A DNA stretch of 64,000 nucleotides from Eledone cirrhosa (Eukaryota): contig OZ024756.1 of NCBI GenBank assembly GCA_964016885.1, positions 33,108,001-33,172,000 of the forward strand, given 5' to 3'. Under the pieces are notes generated by a model. That model worked only from the letters and a program-made list of their open reading frames with translations, was not told the origin of the DNA and did no database searches. The translations under genes and the position numbers were made by a program. Of the stretch, positions 57,403 through 64,000 are shown piece by piece (within the stretch, counting starts at the first letter, position 1; each line of letters opens with the position of its first letter).

Positions 57403-57774
57403 GTATATATATATGTGTGTGTGGGAGGGTTGCTTGCGTATGTGTGTGTTTATACAGATTTTAGTGTAGAAATTCCCCATAAGCTGAGCATTACACTTTA
57501 CATTGCCCATTAACTCTTTTCGTTGAATCTTATCAGTTTGCTTTATTTTCATGTTGAAATATTTACAAAAATAAGTGAGCAAATAAGCTATACAACAGGA
57601 TAGAAAAGAGCTTTTAGCGTTCCCTATATTTTAAAGGATACATGTAAATATTGTCACTTTTTCATTATTTAACTATTTGTGTACGTAAACATTATATTGC
57701 AAATCCTGTAATCGTAGCACCAGTTAAGGGCAATGTTAGATGAACAAATGGTAATAAGAATAAAATGTAATGTG

Positions 57775-57998
<224 letters not shown>

Positions 57999-58188
57999 AG
58001 AAGTGAAGTGTATGTCAACAGGGTAAAATTGGCTTCGGTTATTCATATTCTCTGGTATATCTAGATTTCGGTGATAGCCATTATTCAATATCTATGACCT
58101 CATACTCAAAACTATATATATATACACACACACATATATATATGTAAGTATCTACACATCTGTATGTGTATATGTATATATATATACA

Positions 58189-58310
<122 letters not shown>

Positions 58311-58721
58311 AAGTACGTATGTACATATCTGTATGTGTATATGTATATATATACATATACAAATGTATATCTAAGAATAGAAAGTATATATGTATACATA
58401 AGTATATATGCATATCATATATCTCTATATATAGACGAATACACTCTTAAAAACCTCGTAAAAGCACGTCCTGTATAGATCTCAATGGAAACATTGAAAT
58501 AGTTTGTTAAATTCTAGTTTGCTAGAAGCAGAAATATAATGCATATTCAATTTTTTTTGATTTCTACATTCAAATGATGATGTTTCCTGACTTAACACCA
58601 ACGGCCTAGGCGTTGTCATTTGCAGCACATATCCAATACAATCACCAGGAAGTTTATGTCAAACAATTATTTGAAATGTTCAATGCGTCTATCTATCTAT
58701 CTATAAAGATATCTATATATC

Positions 58722-58810
<89 letters not shown>

Positions 58811-60105
58811 ATAATAATATATATATAAGAAAAGGAAGATTTTGTTCTAAAAAGAATCAAAAGAAAAAACGAGATATCTTCCACGAATAAAAGCATAAGG
58901 AAAAGATCATGTAACTGGTGTCTTTTAAGAATATTTATTTACCGGTTGCACAGTTATTATGCTTTTCAAATGTAAAATTGAGATAGAGGGTTTGTGTTCC
59001 CGTTGTGGTTTGCCTCGCATCTCTCTCGCTGACATTCCATTCCTGGTCTATCTCTTCTCCAATACACATGTTCCTCGTTCTCCTTATTGTTCATCTTCTA
59101 TATCATGAGGCACAAGATCAGGCGTTCGTCATGGAGGATTTGCATGTCACATTTGAAAAAATATAAGCAGAACGTCAGTCTAGTCTCAACTAAGAGATCA
59201 AAAGCATTGATAGACATAAACTACACCCATCTGACGCCCCGAAATAGGATAGCTGTATCCTGTAATCAATTGGATATCAGAAGGATTGTTCGCTGTTTTA
59301 AATGTTCAAACGATATGGCCCAAACCTATAGCAGAAATTCTTGGAATTAATGCTACCATGAATTCCGATTCATCTATATTTGGCTTATCTCCTCTACGTA
59401 TTATAGATTTTTTTTAACGATATTCTTTAGTGTTGAGATGTTTCAATGTTTACACAAAGTTTAATGAAGTTAGTTTTATCACATGATCACAACCAAACAA
59501 ACGAAAAGTAATTCCGAAACAGAAATTCCATTTCCAATTGTTAAAATATATAATTTTTACTTTTGCTCATTATACTGTATTTTTTGTTTGATTTTTTTTT
59601 TGTTTTTGTTAATGCTGGCCATTTACAAATCTAATATTTTCATCGGTATATAGATTTTTATGTTTATTGTAATTGTTTTAAAAATATTTTCACAGGCATT
59701 ATGTATTCTATTATTAATTCCATTTCCTTTTCTTTTCCCCCTTTAAAACATTCTTTTTTCTTCTAAGAAAGTTCTTATCAAAAACATCATCATATTGATT
59801 AATTTCTAGGCCCACCTCTCAGCTATTATTTGACGTCTTTTTCCCTTTGTTTTTTTTATTATTTATTTCATCAATGTTCAGCCTCTGTATGCACTCAGGG
59901 CAATTTTCGTTTTGTTTTCGAATATTGGAAATACTACTTTCTCTTTTGTATCAATACAATCAACTATAACCTTCCGCTATCTCCCTCACCCAACCTCGAC
60001 ACACCACACTTACAGAACATTCTTTTCCATTTCATCTCTACCTTTATTTATATTCTCTATTTTAAATGTAGGTTATATATTGATCGCTTTGTATGTGTCT
60101 CTCTA

Positions 60106-60208
<103 letters not shown>

Positions 60209-60246
60209 ATATATACATATATACATATATATATACACACATATCT

Positions 60247-60291
<45 letters not shown>

Positions 60292-60402
60292 CATATATAT
60301 ATATATACATATATATATACATATATTCAAATATGCATATATATACATATATTCAAATATGCATATATACATAGTTACATACATACATATATACATATAT
60401 AA

Positions 60403-60465
<63 letters not shown>

Positions 60466-60906
60466 AATGCATATATACGTATGTATATATGTATGTATAT
60501 ATATATATATGTATGTATATTTATTTATACATACGCATATGGTAATTTGACTTGCTGATCAGCTTAGCTAATGTATAGTTTATACTATTTCATATAGAAG
60601 ATTTTTGATGTTTGTGGGATAGAGAAAAGGGGCATTTGTTTCTTATTCTATTTTATATTTTCTCAATCATTTGTCTATCTATTATTGGACATTGGGAGTT
60701 GAGAAATTAGCAGAAAACACAACGCAAACAAGACAAAACGTAACAGGAAAACGCCTCCATTAACCCATTAACTACTAGTATGAATAATGAAATCAAAGGA
60801 TCACTCGCGGTTACGAAGTGCAAATAACATTACATTTGTTAATATCAATAGAGAAATCGAAAAAAAGTTGTATATAGAAATAAGGAATTTAATATGTATA
60901 GATATG

Positions 60907-60938
<32 letters not shown>

Positions 60939-61046
60939 TATATATATATATGTGTATATATATATGTATATATATATATATGTATATATATATATGTATA
61001 TATATGCATATATATATATATATATGCATATATATATATATATATA

Positions 61047-61089
<43 letters not shown>

Positions 61090-61092
<3 letters not shown>

Positions 61093-61139
61093 TTAGCCGT
61101 CGAAACAGCTTGAGCTCAGCTGTCGGGGTCTTACTGGTT

Positions 61140-61142
<3 letters not shown>
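61090..61142 (+). mobile_element. Family B micro-fragment (HHR 3' half)
   Basis: gaattagccgtcGAAAcagcttgagctcagctGTCggggtc in (TA)n. Confidence 0.75.
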
Positions 61143-61224
<82 letters not shown>

Positions 61225-61389
61225 ATATATATATATGTATATATACATATATATATATAGACATAAATATATATATATATATATATATATGGTAAATATA
61301 TATATATATATATATAATATGGTATCCCTGAAATATGTATAATGAAATAAATATGGTTTTATAAATATAGTTTCCATTTGTTTAATATC

Positions 61390-61488
<99 letters not shown>

Positions 61489-61939
61489 AATATACATATA
61501 CATATACACAGACATACATATATATATATATATATATATACCCCTCATGCAGAGGTCTACCATGAGAAAGTTATATATATAATACACACACGTATATAAT
61601 ATACAGTTATATATAATATGCATATATGTAATATATATGTACATTATATAAATTTATATTATATGTATATGTGTATAGTTAATTTCTCAGTGTAGCCCTC
61701 TGCATGATGTGAATATACAAATAATGATTTACTTTCTAAATATGCCAAATGGGATATAAAATCAGTATATCCTGAATATCTTCGCAATTTTAACCCCTAA
61801 AAGCCTTCTAAGTGCGTTCAAATGACAAAAAACTGGCCATTGCGAAAATTCCTATATACTGCAACTCGTCAAACACTTTTGAAACTATTTAAATTATTAA
61901 TAATTATTATTATCATTATTATTATTATTATTATTACAG

Positions 61940-62209
61940 TTGCATTTATCTTGCTTTATGTTCATACGAGTTATCACCAAGTCACAACCAGTGACCTCAA
62001 GAGACAACAAGGTCCGCCATGTTCAAGAAAGAACATACATACTCACACATGCATCTTTAGTGTTTAGACTTGTGATGTACTTATATTGACAGAATCTTCC
62101 TTCGTATATAGGGAGTTCCCATTAGTACTATCTTTTGTATTTCTCCTATACGCGGGTTTCCTGGGATTTACGATAAGTAATCAATAGAACCCTTAGGTAT
62201 CATTCCCCG

Positions 62210-62210
<1 letters not shown>
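61940..62210 (-). mobile_element. R4/Dong-like 3' end, same family as 32783-33270
   Basis: Reverse complement of about 33002-33270; flanked by (TTA)n on both sides. Confidence 0.9.
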
Positions 62211-62266
<56 letters not shown>

Positions 62267-62283
62267 GTTGTTGTTGTTGTTAA

Positions 62284-62475
62284 GGGGGGTGGATTGGCAG
62301 TATCGGTAGAGAGTTGCACGCTATGCTTTGTAGCATAGAGTTACGCCCCTTTATGATTTGAGTTCAAATCCCGCCGAGGTTAACTCTGCCTTTCATCATT
62401 ACGGGGTCGATAAAATAAAGTACCAGTAATGCACTGAGTAATTGCTGGCCTTGTGCCAAAAGTAGAAACAATTAC
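62284..62475 (+). mobile_element. SINE family A
   Basis: ggtggattggcagtatcggtagag..gagttcaaatcccgccgagg..agtagaaacaatt. Confidence 0.9.
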
Positions 62476-63097
62476 TATCATTATCTTTATACACACCAAG
62501 GTGGGTACCTTGCGGTATTACGATAAGTTGTCAGAAGGAGTGTCGATATTATGAAAAAGAAGTGATAAGGTATCACGTAAACATCCTCATTTCAATAAAT
62601 CCTCCTGTTGCACACATTTCAAAGACATCAAAATGGTTGCGTAATTTCAAGCTAGTGTGGTGTCGTCAGACAGGTATTCATGTATATATATATATATATA
62701 TATGTGTGTGTGGGGTGGGGGCGGCGTGCGTATATATGTATGCGTGTATGTGTGTTTGTCTCTGTATGCGTCTGCATCAACGTATCTTACGCGATGTGTA
62801 GAGTCTTACTAACAACTTTACATAAATCGACGCGCTATCAACTAGATTATTTGCATTTTTGTCACGTTATAATATACTTAAATTCCTTAACAAAAGGTTA
62901 GTTATGTCTCCTCTGTTTTGTGCCGCAGTAGTTTTTATTTGTATGTCCTTAGAGTATTGTCACCTTAGACTAGACATTTGAATAATTCAATAATTTTTTT
63001 TTATCTTTTAATGAACTTGAAGAGACTTTAGCGTTATTTAAAAAAAATTATTGATTTTATCTCTCCTTTTTAGTTCTTGCAAGGAATATGACATTCG

Positions 63098-63199
<102 letters not shown>

Positions 63200-63252
63200 A
63201 TATATATCGAATGATGTATTCCTAGCGTAAATAAAAGAGGAAAAGCAAAATC

Positions 63253-63460
<208 letters not shown>

Positions 63461-63468
63461 ATTATATA

Positions 63469-63515
<47 letters not shown>

Positions 63516-63517
63516 GA

Positions 63518-63706
63518 TAACGAAGGAATTGTGGTAAGTAACCAGGTGGACCATAACGCACCACCATACTCGATACTGGGTAGTAGAGTGGGTAATAAGA
63601 AAAGAGTCAGGACCCCGATGACTGAGCTCCGACCGTTTCGACAACTAGGTCTGAACTAGCTGTCGAAAAGGCCAGAGTCAGACGTCGGGGTCTTCACGCT
63701 TTTCCT

Positions 63707-63750
<44 letters not shown>
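63518..63750 (-). mobile_element. TA-embedded family B variant with fold-back
   Basis: aacgaaggaattgtggtaag..gaccccgatgactgagctccgaccgtttcgacaactag / ctagctgtcgaaaaggccagagtcagacgtcggggtc. Confidence 0.8.
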
Positions 63751-63751
<1 letters not shown>

Positions 63752-64000
63752 GGAAAAGCGTCAAAAACTTTCATTTATATGTATATATATATATATATAT
63801 TACTTGTGTAAATCTCCTCTCAGTTCAAGAAAGATATCTAGCTCAAAAGCGAATTTATTTCTTGCTGCTCTGGTCCAACGAAACCTATGCCAATACGACT
63901 GTTAGTTCAACATCTTTCCCACTAAGCCACGTGCTTATTATTATATATTCTCCTTATCCTATTCTCTCATTTGTATTTCTGGTTTCATTCTCTTCGATAT

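Noticed and set aside
59087-59350. 87-aa ORF
   Set aside because: Non-ATG start, no recognisable domain; compatible with chance

Overview
Very AT-rich eukaryotic non-coding DNA (intronic or intergenic). The SINE sequences and extreme (TA)n/(CA)n/(GA)n load look like an octopod cephalopod genome (inference). No host protein-coding gene is supportable: almost all listed ORFs are translations of microsatellites. Recognisable content: about 10 copies of a tRNA-headed SINE plus CORE-type SINE relics, three R4/Dong-like LINE 3' fragments in (TAA)n, a non-autonomous Helitron with a 172-bp internal tandem array, three internally deleted RTE-like elements ending in a C2H2 remnant, and an 80/81-bp alternating minisatellite. 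The main unexplained signal is a set of at least 7 short (100-600 bp) families inserted in (TA)n tracts. They carry type I hammerhead ribozyme (HHR) cores (CTGANGA..stem II..GAAA..NUH), and many copies are fold-back inverted duplications whose axis lies in or next to the ribozyme. This suggests Penelope-like pseudo-LTR or retrozyme remnants made by snap-back priming. All folds were paired by eye and boundaries are approximate.
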